Shown here one piece after another: positions 1-10,943 of a stretch of DNA of 16,641 nt. This DNA comes from Ginkgo biloba (lineage: Eukaryota; Plantae; Ginkgophyta). A program made the position numbers and the translations under genes. The stretch is taken from positions 66,443,097 to 66,459,737 of the forward strand of contig JANKJI020000004.1 in assembly GCA_024626585.2 (NCBI GenBank), read 5' to 3'. Under the pieces are notes generated by a model. That model was not told where the DNA came from, searched no databases, and saw nothing but the letters and a program-made list of their open reading frames with translations. Positions within the stretch are counted from its first letter, which is position 1; each line of letters begins with the position of its first letter.

Positions 1-829
1 AACTCCAACTTTATTTTCCAAGGATAGTCGACTCCTATCACGAAGTTACTAACAATTTAAGACTACTATCTCATCAACATCAACTAGCTATTTTAAGTCC
101 ATCTATATTAGATCCATCTCTTATTTTATAATTCACTATGCAATAAAAGGTTTTGATGGGTCATGCCTTTTACGTAAATACAAATAATCCCTTGAGGTAA
201 TGACCTATCTAACCCTTCGTGGCTTATACTTGAGCATGAGGCATGACCCACTCTTTTTGGATTTGTATATTTTAAGTGAAAAACTAACAACAATTTTATT
301 TTTCTCATTGTAGTTTACTTCATTACCTCTTATATGCTCTCTCTCTCATCCTCTCCTCAATTTGAATATAGCTACAACATTCTACATTAACCCTTGATGT
401 AGATTCAAGGTAATATTGAGTAAGCCTTGACCTAAATTCAGTCACTTCTTAATAATATGTTTATCAACTATAACTTTAGAATTATAATTTGGTTCTCTTT
501 TGTCCACACCCGTTAGGGGGCATGCGTTAAAACTTAAAATGGCACCCTATAAATATACAAATCTTTACTCCCTTAAATAAAGAGTAAAATATTTCTACAT
601 GTTTTAACTCCCATTTTACCATGGTAGAAAAGTACACTTAGGTAAACTCAAATGAGAATCTTTGAATAAAAATTAGATTTCATTTTTTGATATTGAGGAA
701 TTATCCTCACAACCTCTTAAAGAAAGTTCTTCATAAATGAGAGAAAGTGGGAATCTATTAAGATAATACTTATATCCTACGTGAAGAGATAAAGGCAATT
801 CCATGCATGGAGGTCAAAAGAACTCATCT

Positions 830-1773
830 TGTGAGGATTCTACACATACGAACCTACTTTCTTTCTTCTCCCATATAAAGAAGGTACTCCATCTAGGAAA
901 ATAATTATAAGGGAAGGTACTAAAACTATGTTGGATTATCGACTAGTACATAATAATCTAGCCTTTATTACCATAAGCAAAGATCTACATAATTATTATT
1001 TAACACATAATAATCTAGCCTTCATTACCATAAGCAAAGATCTACATGATTATTAATTAACACATAATAATTTAGGATCCCTTAATAATTAGCTTGAGAG
1101 GAAGGGTTCCTCAAATATCAATTGATTCATAATAGTTAAGGAAAGGAACACTCTAGTTTAAGAGGATCTCCTTGGAGCAAACCCCCATTTCTTTCCTTCC
1201 TTTGCTCTTTTAACAATTATTGTTCCCCATTAATAAAATAATTTTGGGAATTGAGTTCCCCTAAAAATACTTTTACTTTTGTTTAATGTTTTATTGATCT
1301 CCTTTTAGTGGCAAAACCTCTATAATTGATTTGCTAATGTTGAATCTTATTATTTGAATCATTACTCTTGCAAGTGTATTATCCATTACATCCACATCAA
1401 TTCTTCATTATAAAGGTGGTGGTTAACATACTTCTCTCTTTTGTTTATCTCTTGTAAGCACTTAGATTCTGCATTAATGTCACTTTAATCTTACTTTTGG
1501 GATAATCCCCAAAGGTGGATTGCCTATTATGTGTGGTGAACCCCTGCAATAGCACTTTCTTTTTGTTCATGCGGGGTATCACTAAGCTGTATCAGTTTCA
1601 ACGAGAGACTCCCAGGCTCGGATCGACCACCGCCCTCGGGCCGAGTACTACCACCCCTATTCCCCATGACCCATGATGGTGCCCCTACACTATGGATGGG
1701 TAAATAGGGGAATGGAATCGCAGTATGGTGGGTATCAACCCAAAGTCATGACCATTGTGCCACACCTATGGGG
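830..1773 (+). mobile_element. Probable decayed 5' LTR (~830-1554) and start of the internal region of an LTR retrotransposon
   Basis: TG start at 830, internal tandem repeat, TATAAA at 1409-1414 followed by CT-rich sequence, CA end near 1554, then an abrupt shift to GC-richer Pro/Thr/Tyr-coding sequence (YQFQRETPR...). No clean PBS or second LTR, so boundaries are tentative. Confidence 0.35.
948..1075 (+). repeat. 57-bp tandem repeat, ~2.2 copies
   Basis: ACATAATAATCTAGCCTTYATTACCATAAGCAAAGATCTACATRATTATTAWTTAAC at 948 and 1005 (3 mismatches), with a partial third copy at 1062. Confidence 0.92.
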
Positions 1774-4384
1774 NNNNNNNNNNNNNNNNNNNNNNNNNNN
1801 NNNNNNNNNNNNNNNNNNNNNNNNNNNNNNNNNNNNNNNNNNNNNNNNNNNNNNNNNNNNNNNNNNNNNNNNNNNNNNNNNNNNNNNNNNNNNNNNNNNN
1901 NNNNNNNNNNNNNNNNNNNNNNNNNNNNNNNNNNNNNNNNNNNNNNNNNNNNNNNNNNNNNNNNNNNNNNNNNNNNNNNNNNNNNNNNNNNNNNNNNNNN
2001 NNNNNNNNNNNNNNNNNNNNNNNNNNNNNNNNNNNNNNNNNNNNNNNNNNNNNNNNNNNNNNNNNNNNNNNNNNNNNNNNNNNNNNNNNNNNNNNNNNNN
2101 NNNNNNNNNNNNNNNNNNNNNNNNNNNNNNNNNNNNNNNNNNNNNNNNNNNNNNNNNNNNNNNNNNNNNNNNNNNNNNNNNNNNNNNNNNNNNNNNNNNN
2201 NNNNNNNNNNNNNNNNNNNNNNNNAATGGTTGGTAAGTTTGCATTACAAATGGATATTAAAAAGCTAATTCTACTAACATTTAATATCATGTATCCCTAC
2301 CTTACTTCACACCTAACTTGATTAAAAAAATTAACAATATTGCCAAAATGGACCACTAAGCACCAACGAAGTAAATCAAAACAATACCATGAAATAATTA
2401 ATCATCAACACCATGATAGCAAATTAGAGAAATTAATAAATAATCTAACTCATGTTAAAGTTATAGAACATGTTAGACATTTTTAGAATGATGTGATGTT
2501 CATGCGTATGGTAATAAGGACAATAAAAGCATCCACTCTCCTATTCCTCTAAGGCATGCGATAATAACATGGTGAAGATTTGAAATGTTAAAAGTGATCT
2601 TGTTTACTAAATGAGATGAACTAAATAATTGGAGATGAATTATGTGCCTTTTCTAGATCGTATGTTTATAAATTGTCGTGCATCACATCATTAATGCTTA
2701 GATGGACGTGTCAACCGAATAAAATATCTCTAGTATCATTGTTGGAATTATTCATTATCAAGAAGTCAAGTACTTTAATCAATATCACTATTTCTTTCAA
2801 GAAAGGAATAACCTTTAATAAGAACATCTATATAATTTAAAATTAGAACTTCTTTAAGATTAATATGACAAAAACATAATTGATGGCCTTATGAATCACT
2901 TATCAGAGCTACTTCAAGATCAAGTGGGACAAGTAAGGTAATTGTGTTTGTACCATAGAATATTGAGGTAATTATTTCATAATTTTCTTTGCAAATGCTT
3001 CCCTGAACACAATTCTCTTTGTGAATGCTTACTTGCATTCATAAGGTAAATAAAGTGCACTTTTGGCTTTACTTTAAGGTTACTCAAGTGGAAGAACTCT
3101 ATGGTGGTAATAAACTTTGTATGTTGACATCATAAGTAATTAATAATGATTACATAAGAATCAAAGTCTTTTTCATAATGTAGCTAACACAAATGGCATT
3201 GGTCTTCCAAACATACCATGGGGGTATTTCCTAATTAGGTTTGACTTGTCTAGTTAGGTTGAATTTAAGTTCTATAAGCCATAGACATAAATAACTCAGT
3301 ACTGTTAGGCATCTACTTTAGACTAGTCCCAATATTGATTTGATAAGTATTAAATCCACATCCCTTTCTACATTATGACCAAAGAAATCAAGTTTGAGTC
3401 ACTTCAAAAGAGCAAAATGAACATTACCATTTCTAAACAAATTATGANNNNNNNNNNNNNNNNNNNNNNNNNNNNNNNNNNNNNNNNNNNTAGATATGTT
3501 CACTCGCATACTATTTACTCTTATAATATTTGATAATGATATTTTTAAGCACGAAGGATACAACATTCTACTCACCATTATCTACCAATGTATAACAAGT
3601 CACATAGTGAAGTTTGGAATGTTAGCAAAATTGTGTGTTAAAGCATACAATAAAGTCAAGGTTGGACTTTGAGAGTGAAATCACACTTAAAACCCTATCT
3701 ATTAATATCAAATACTTGCAACCATAATATTTTGAAGGGACCACCTAAGATTCTTACAATTTTCAACTACACCATGTGGGACATGACGAGGAAGTTGAAG
3801 ATTAAGACAAGGGCATGTTGCATGTGTTGGCCAATCTCAAGTCACATAAATAGAACGGTGGCCTATGAAAACATGTAACTATCATAATCCTATTCCCACA
3901 TAGAGTTAAAAACTAACTGAAACCAAACTGAACTCTATTCAACCAAAAATGGAGCCCACACGCCTCAGAGAATCTAATGGTCATCTCTTTTAATTTACTT
4001 ACACAATCTCGCTACCATTGACTAGCGAATAATGTTCACACATTTTGTATATAAGAGGATAAAGAGTTTGCCATAAAAAACACCAATCCTACTCACCCCA
4101 TCCCTTAGGAGTACAACGACATGTATCCTTGTCTCCAATAATGTAATATGGATATCCATGCATATCTCCCTCCTCATACTTTTATAAGGGGAGAATAGTT
4201 GTTTCTCTTATATGGGTAGAGGAATCCTATGCCTGCATGCGCTATGCTTAGTCGCTAATCGTGGGGCTTGTCTTTTTGTCGCCCTTGGGTCACNNNNNNN
4301 NNNNNNNNNNNNNNTTCTAAAGATGTTTAGATGCATTATGATAAAAACAAACACAAAGAAAAACCCAAGACTCTGACATGGCAG

Positions 4385-4460
4385 GCGAATCCAACGCCCT
4401 TTGCAGCCAGACAACGGAGACCACAACCGCAACCGTTGGATCGAACCAAACCACGTGAGG
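4385..4460. promoter_or_regulatory. Candidate STICHEL promoter elements: MSA-like AACGG cores (4413-4417 +, 4433-4437 -) and a G-box CACGTG (4452-4457)
   Basis: Locally CpG-retaining segment in otherwise CpG-poor DNA. The reverse complement of 4431-4440 is TCCAACGGTT, which fits the MSA consensus YCYAACGGYY. A near copy TCCAACGCCC lies at 4390-4399. Confidence 0.45.
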
Positions 4461-5556
4461 TTTAGCCAAGCATGGTAGCTGTAATCCTGCTCAGACGCCG
4501 ACTGTCATGTTTTTGGAGGGAATTTTTTATAATCGAGTGCAAATGCATANNNNNNNNNNNNNNNNNNNNNNNNNNNNNNNNNNNNNNNNNNNNNNNNNNN
4601 NNNNNNNNNNNNNNNNNNNNNNNNNNNNNNNNNNNNNNNNNNNNNNNNNNNNNNNNNNNNNNNNNNNNNNNNNNNNNNNNNNNNNNNNNNNNNNNNNNNN
4701 NNNNNNNNNNNNNNNNNNNNNNNNNNNNNNNNNNNNNNNNNNNNNNNNNNNNNNNNNNNNNNNNNNNNNNNNNNNNNNNNNNNNNNNNNNNNNNNNNNNN
4801 NNNNNNNNNNNNNNNNNNNNNNNNNNNNNNNNNNNNNTCTCTATTGTCTTAATATGTGCATGGATTTTATCCTTCTTAATATATGAACTTTTTATGCTAG
4901 TGATCATATTTTCTTGCATGCCTATTTTGTTCTTGGGTATATATTGTTGTCATCTTGTATATTGTTATTATGTCCAGTATATTGATTTGAGTTGTCCAAG
5001 GGAACAAGAAGAAATGAGGAGATGTCTTGTTGCATAAAGGATTAGGGATTGAATCTAATATTTTTAGAGGCAGTAAAGGGGAAGTGGTCACGGCAGAAGC
5101 TCCATTCCCGCAGCTGGTGGTGAATGCTAACGAACACATGCTGAACATTTGCATGTCTCCAAGTCTGGAGACACCTGGATCTGTGTTTGTTGTAAACGTC
5201 TTCACGGTGCCATTGGAGTTTCAGACATATTTCTTGATGTTGCCCGCATGACGTATTTTGTTTGACTCTTTTGCTTCTGGACCGAGTTAAGCATCCATTA
5301 CCCCGTGTTCCAGAAAATATTTTCTGAGCTCCTGTTTGGTAAGTTTGCATGTCTGAATTATTTGCTTGCTTGTGTGTCTTGTATAATGTGAAACGAGTAG
5401 TCAACGTGGAGCAAGGTTGTTAACTGTAGCGATTCCTGTTCAAACACAGTTTCGGTGATTGTTCTGTATTTGACGGCCGTTGTAACAGAGCAACAGGTCA
5501 GGGCCACTTCAAACAGAGACTGTTTCCTTAAGGTAAATCTTAGGAAAGACTGCCTC

Positions 5557-5779
5557 AACTCATTCACCTCCTTGCTACTGAGATTCATCAATTCATTCAC
5601 CCTGCACCCCGTTACTGAGGTTGACCTTGCACCGAGATTTGGCTCGCCTTTACTGAGATTTAGCTTGCATACCATGACTGAGATGCAGCTGCCGTCCACG
5701 GAGATCTGCCCAAGCATAATGTGTGAGATGAACCTTTCATAGCATTGCATCCCTTAATTCGCCTGTTACTGAGATTTAG
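5557..5779 (+). repeat. Degenerate repeat cluster of an ACTGAGAT(T)-like motif, about 8 copies
   Basis: Copies at 5577, 5614, 5631, 5652, 5677, 5698, 5722, 5768. Longer duplications: TCGCCT(G)TTACTGAGATTTAG at 5644 and 5759, and AA(C/T)TCATTCACC at 5557 and 5590. Confidence 0.65.
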
Positions 5780-5824
5780 GCCCCCTTTGTACTCATTGTT
5801 ATTTCAGAATCGGGATTAATGCAG

Positions 5825-6184
5825 GTAAAGAAATCCGGCAATTTAAATTAGAGTACCTTTATGTAAGTATCTTGAGTCTTGACGTACCTCATAGTAGACA
5901 GAATCGTGACAAAAATGGTCCGAGTTAGTCAAAGTTAGTCTTAACTGTGTGAAGCTGCAAGTTTATCAGATAAACAACTCTTGATCTTACCTTAATTCAT
6001 CTCGCTTGTGCGAAATTCGAAGTGGCCCTTGGTTTAACGTAACGGTGTATCGTATCATTAATCAGTGATGTAGCAGATCAATCACCTTGCAACCTCTGTC
6101 TTAGATTCCTATTAACAATACTCTTCGTGAGAAGTGGCTCTTATAACGTCTTGTAGACATACTGAGAATATTTCTGTTGTGTAG
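5825..6184 (+). other. Candidate 5' leader intron
   Basis: Acceptor TTTCTGTTGTGTAG ends at 6184, 9 nt before the ATG. Best nearby donor is CAG|GTAAAG at 5825; alternatives at 5339, 5533 and 5863. Confidence 0.45.
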
Positions 6185-6193
6185 GAGTGCAAA

Positions 6194-8250
6194 ATGCTTG
6201 AGGTTGGAGGGCATACTGCCGGTGAACTACGTATTAGAAAGGAGCTTATTGCTCTTAGAAGAGCCAGGTGCTTGAGGGATCCGGCAACTACCACGTCATG
6301 GAAATCTCCGGTAACTGGTAAGTCTGCTGCCAACTCTGGTTCGAATTATGGTAATGGAAACTATGAGAGAGAGATTGAGGAGAACAGGAGTGGTTACAAA
6401 AATGAGGGTAGCTATGAAAATGTCCCAAACGCGTCCTTGAGAGGAGATATCAGGGATGGAGAAAGGGGATTGCTTCATAACTGGAGAAATCAAAGTTGGA
6501 TGGATGCCGGCGAATACCAAGAAACTGCATTGGACAGACATGGGGTAGCAACCAGAAGGCCCGGCGATATATCGGAAGCTTCTGACAGAGGAGAGCCTAA
6601 TAATGTGGGAAATCAAGGAGAAGAGAGGAGGGTGTTTAAATAAGGAAGAAGAGACAGGGCATTCAAGAAAACATCACGGACTTCTAGAAAGGACTGTCTG
6701 TCAAAATATAGTTCATGCAGAAATGATCAGCTTCAAAATTCTACACTTGCACTATCACAATTGTCATTAGAGGAGGAGGAGCATTCCGATGAATTAGAAA
6801 GCTGTAATGGAGAGGATGTAGGGTTTTCCAAGCTGAATAGAAGACCTACAAACTTAGATTATAACTCCCGTTCAGGATCTCCGTTACTTACAAGAGATTT
6901 GATGAATTCTGGTGAGCAAAATGGTAACAACAAAAAAGGGTATTGTTCACGGAACTTTTCAAAAGATGCAAGTAGGCAGAAGGAGGGTTCATACACGCCT
7001 ACATCAACATGTTCTTACAGTAGAAATGGCGATCGTATTGCAAGCATTGTTGGCTCATGGGATGGTACANNNNNNNNNNNNNNNNNNNNNNNNNNNNNNN
7101 NNNNNTTGGATCTTCCTCGACAAGGATGTGGAATCCCTTGCTATTGGTCCAGAACTCCAAAACATAGGGGCAGTGGAGGTAGTTTTTCTCCTAGCCTCTC
7201 TGATTCTGTGAGGAGAAAAGTTGGCTGTATGGTCGCAAGAAATCAGACTGCATCACAGAAAGAGTCACCATTAGCTACTGTTAACAACAAGAGGTCTTCG
7301 TACATGTTGGGTTCTGCTATAGAAGNNNNNNNNNNNNNNNTTGATGGCGGCGAGGGCAGAGCTTCCTCTGGAGACGGTGTCAGTGATGGGCGATTGACTG
7401 ATTTTGGAGAGCTTGACTTGGAGGCAGCTACTAAATTGGATAGGAGGAGGAGATCCAGGCAAAGAAGTCAAGATCAACAAGAACTAGCTTTAACATCAGG
7501 AAGTAGGGAACTGGCACTCTACGAGGACAGGCATAGAAGCTTGAGTCAGAAATANNNNNNNNNNNNNNNNNNNNNNNNNNNNNNNNNNNNNNNNNNNNCA
7601 AAACATAGTTGTACAAACTCTTGTTAATGCTATTTTAAGAGGGAAAATTGCCCCTGTCTATCTTTTTCAAGGTCCACGTGGCACAGGGAAGACATCAACT
7701 GCCAGAATATTTGCAGCTGCTTTGAATTGTCTGTCCCCTGAGAATCTCAGGCCATGTGGATTCTGTAGAGAATGTATAGATTTTGCTTCTGGAAGGAGTG
7801 TGGATGTGAGAGAAGTTGATGCTGCAAGTAGCAATGGCATAGAGAGAGTCAAAACCCTGCTGAAAAATGTTGCTTTAGCTCCATCTTTTTCACGGTTCAA
7901 AGTCTTCATAATTGATGATTGTCATATGTTGGCTTTTGAAACATGGACTGCACTTCTGAAGAGTCTAGAAGAACCACCTGGACATGTTGTCTTCATATTC
8001 ATCACTACTGATTCGGATAAGCTACCTCGCACTGCTGTATCGAGGTGTCAAAAATACCTTTTTCCAAAGATCAAAGACAATGAAGTTGTCAGCAGATTGC
8101 AGAAGCTTGCCATTGAAGAAAATTTGGATATTGATCTAGATGCATTGGATTTGATAGCAGCTAAGTCAGATGGTTCTCTTCGAGATGCAGAGACAATGCT
8201 TGATCAGTTGAGCCTGCANNNNNNNNNNTTTATCCCTAGTGCATGAGCTT
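6194..8250 (+). CDS. STI: STICHEL coding exon 1 (N-terminal low-complexity region plus AAA+ core), interrupted by TAA at 6641-6643
   Basis: ORFs 6194-6643 and 6761-7627 share a frame and read through the single TAA (RRVFK*GRRDRAFKK...). The apparent frame changes at 7555-7598 and 8219-8228 coincide with N gaps. The exon ends LSLVHEL, followed by donor GTAAGC at 8251. Confidence 0.88.
7599..8218 (+). other. Clamp-loader-type AAA+ domain with Walker A (7671-7694), C-x8-C-x2-C-x2-C zinc motif (7728-7775), Walker B VFIIDD (7902-7919), SRC arginine-finger motif and GSLRDA sensor-2 motif
   Basis: Direct translation: QNIVVQTLVNAILRGKIAPVYLFQGPRGTGKTSTARIFAAALNCLSPENLRPCGFCREC...VFIIDDCH...LEEPP...SRCQKY...GSLRDAETMLDQ. 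These match DnaX/RFC family motifs. Confidence 0.92.
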
Positions 8251-10943
8251 GTAAGCTCTCCCTCACTCTCTCAGCACATTCTTTTTTCTTTTATTTAGGC
8301 ATGCACATTTGTTCTCCCAAATACAATACAGGTGTATCATGGGTACGTGTGCATAAATGAAAATTCAAAAGTGAAGACATTCCAGATTTCTTGGTGTTCG
8401 GTTATGAAGAGGTATTTACATATCGACGAATTTTTTTCTTATGTACACACCATTATATCATTCAATGCTCTGCATCTNNNNNNNNNNNNNNNNNNNNNNN
8501 NNNNNNNNNNNNNNNNNNNNNNNNNNNNNNNNNNNNNNNNNNNNNNNNNNNNNNNNNNNNNNNNNNNNNNNNNNNNNNNNNNNNNNNNNNNNNNNNNNNN
8601 NNNNNNNNNNNNNNNNNNNNNNNNNNNNNNNNNNNNNNNNNNNNNNNNNNNNNNNNNNNNNNNNNNNNNNNNNNNNNNNNNNNNNNNNNNNNNNNNNNNN
8701 NNNNNNNNNNNNNNNNNNNNNNNNNNNNNNNNNNNNNNNNNNNNNNNNNNNNNNNNNNNNNNNNNNNNNNNNNNNNNNNNNNNNNNNNNNNNNNNNNNNN
8801 NNNNNNNNNNNNNNNNNNNNNNNNNNNNNNNNNNNNNNNNNNNNAATTGTCAATATCATTGGTTCATATAAGCCAAGAAGCATGGTGCCGATTGTTTCAG
8901 CCTACCTCCTGCACCACCTGCAAATTGCATATGAGAAAAGCCTCAGCCAGTGGTCTGAAGCTGTCTTGAAGGAAACAGGAATGATGCTCCCAAAATCTGC
9001 AACACATATACATAACCTGTTGTCTGATTGCTACACTATCAGTTGTTAACAAAGCAGACTCATGAACAATGTGCAAACAATAATGACTCCAGATGTTTCT
9101 TTAGGAGAGAATGGGAGACAGTGATATGATTGCTTTTATAGCATAAAAAACCATCAACTCCCTTCAGTGGGAAGAACTCTGATTAGTACCTCCTCTAAAG
9201 GTTTGATACAAAGGATACTCTATGCATGATAGAAAGCAATGATCAGGGATCATGTTATAGGGTGGGCTCAAAGGCTTGCCTTCCAATTTAGAGTATTCAC
9301 CTTTATGAAAATCTCAAAGGTCTTGTCTTGTTGGGAACTATACTTGTATTGTAAGGTGCCCCTTGAAGTGTATTGACACTTCTATTTTGTCTGCTTGAAG
9401 GGTGCTCATGACTTCTCATTTCCTGCTATATCAANNNNNNNNNNNNNNNNNNNNNNNNNNNNTCACCCACGAGAGAACATCAGAATTGAGTTAAATATGA
9501 AAGAGAGTGGCCCATCAAGACCTAAATGCTCAAGTTGCATTATAGATCCTGGAGTGTATTACACCTGCGATACTCTGCCTGAAGCAAACTTCCTTGATTC
9601 TGGTTTCTTTTGAGGGAGCACATAGGATCTATGGCAACTCGGTAAGTTATTGCCACACTGGAATCAGACCCGTGTTTAACCTCATTGGCCAATTCATTCA
9701 CATGTGGGCTGCAGGGGATCAGCTTGGTGGTCTTCACCTATGAAGTTGGTTTATACCATGCAACTTTCGGTGTAATGTGGTGGGCCATTGATCTAACACG
9801 ACAGGTTTTAGTAGCAAATTCCAGATTAAGAATGTTTCCTTCTTGCTATATAAACTCTACTGCTTCAGAATCAATTCGAAAAGGACAACTGTCTCATACA
9901 ACACCTGCAATGATAATTTGACCCGTTTTGAGACAACCCTGAATGGTTCTACTCAAGAAAGCATAAAGAAATGGTAGATAATCAAATGACAGTGATTTAT
10001 ATAGGAATAAAATGATAATTTTACATTAGCTACTACTTGCATTTGTAGTAGCTTCTTATAAAAGTACATAACCTTTTATGAAAAGGGGTGACTCCTCATA
10101 TTTTTAACTAACTAAAATTAATGGATTAAGAATGTATTTATATTATGTAGNNNNNNNNNNNNNNNNNNNNNNNNNNNNNNNNNNNNNNNNNNNNNNNNNN
10201 NNNNNNNNNNNNNNNNNNNNNNNNNNNNNNNNNNNNNNNNNNNNNNNNNNATAGATTAGCATATAGGATTAAAGGTGGGACTGTTACGTGTTTCAAGTCC
10301 TTTGAAAGTTGTTGTTAGCTCTTCCTCATGTCCTTTGATGCATTAAATAGGCTCTCTACTACTTCGAGGCCAAATATGCAAGAAGAAGATCCTGTGCTTG
10401 TAGCTATTTTCAGGACTTCATTACTTGACTGATGAAATTGATGTTCCCATTGTATGTAGCAATATTCTAAAAGACAAGGTTCCACTTAGTTGTTTTTCAT
10501 GAGGCAAGAGGAATTCTGTAGAGCATCTTTCTATGTTGGAAAGTCATATGTGGAATTGAAGTACTTCCTGTGGAATCTGAGGGCTTACTTTATCCACAGT
10601 GTTATGGATAGAATCCAGGAATCATTTGGTCTGATGTAACTCTTCGTACATAAAGTGAACTTAATACAGTCCATTCATGATTGTCTACACAGAAGTCAGA
10701 ATGCACTTATATTCTTCAAATTTCACATTTTAAAAAAAATTTCAATAAAGAAAGGATGAATGGTAGAACAAGTCCTATATATGTTTGTATTTACTTCTCA
10801 CTATGGAGCATGCTATAAGCTGGGAGTAAATATTTCTGTAAGCACTTGTTTCAATTAGCTAGCTTTATTTACATATCCTTTTAGATTATACAACATTTTG
10901 TGTTGTCAAAAGATACCTTTCGTTTCTGATTTTTTCTCTGTAG
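8251..10943 (+). other. Phase-0 GT-AG intron of the STICHEL gene (length uncertain, contains three N gaps)
   Basis: Donor CTT|GTAAGC at 8251; pyrimidine tract and acceptor TTTTTTCTCTGTAG|GTT at 10943. Joining gives the family-typical ...VHEL|VGVVSDEKLL. Confidence 0.85.

Noticed and set aside
703-838. 9-bp inverted repeat ATCCTCACA / TGTGAGGAT
   Set aside because: Too short, with no TSD or internal structure to support a MITE.
2230-5350. 15-bp direct match TTGGTAAGTTTGCAT at ~2230 and ~5336
   Set aside because: Isolated AT-rich match with no extended flanking similarity.
7599-8218. Bacterial dnaX or horizontal transfer interpretation
   Set aside because: Plant-specific STICHEL N-terminal motifs, a spliceosomal intron and the LTR-rich context identify it as the known plant family.
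7555-8228. Apparent frameshifts between the exon-1 ORFs
   Set aside because: Both frame changes coincide with N gaps of estimated length, so they are not evidence of real indels.
1673-9049. Long ORFs at 1673-2321, 4472-5037 and 8332-9049
   Set aside because: They are made almost entirely of N-gap codons.
8845-9921. Short ORFs within the intron
   Set aside because: No recognisable domains; lengths are compatible with chance.
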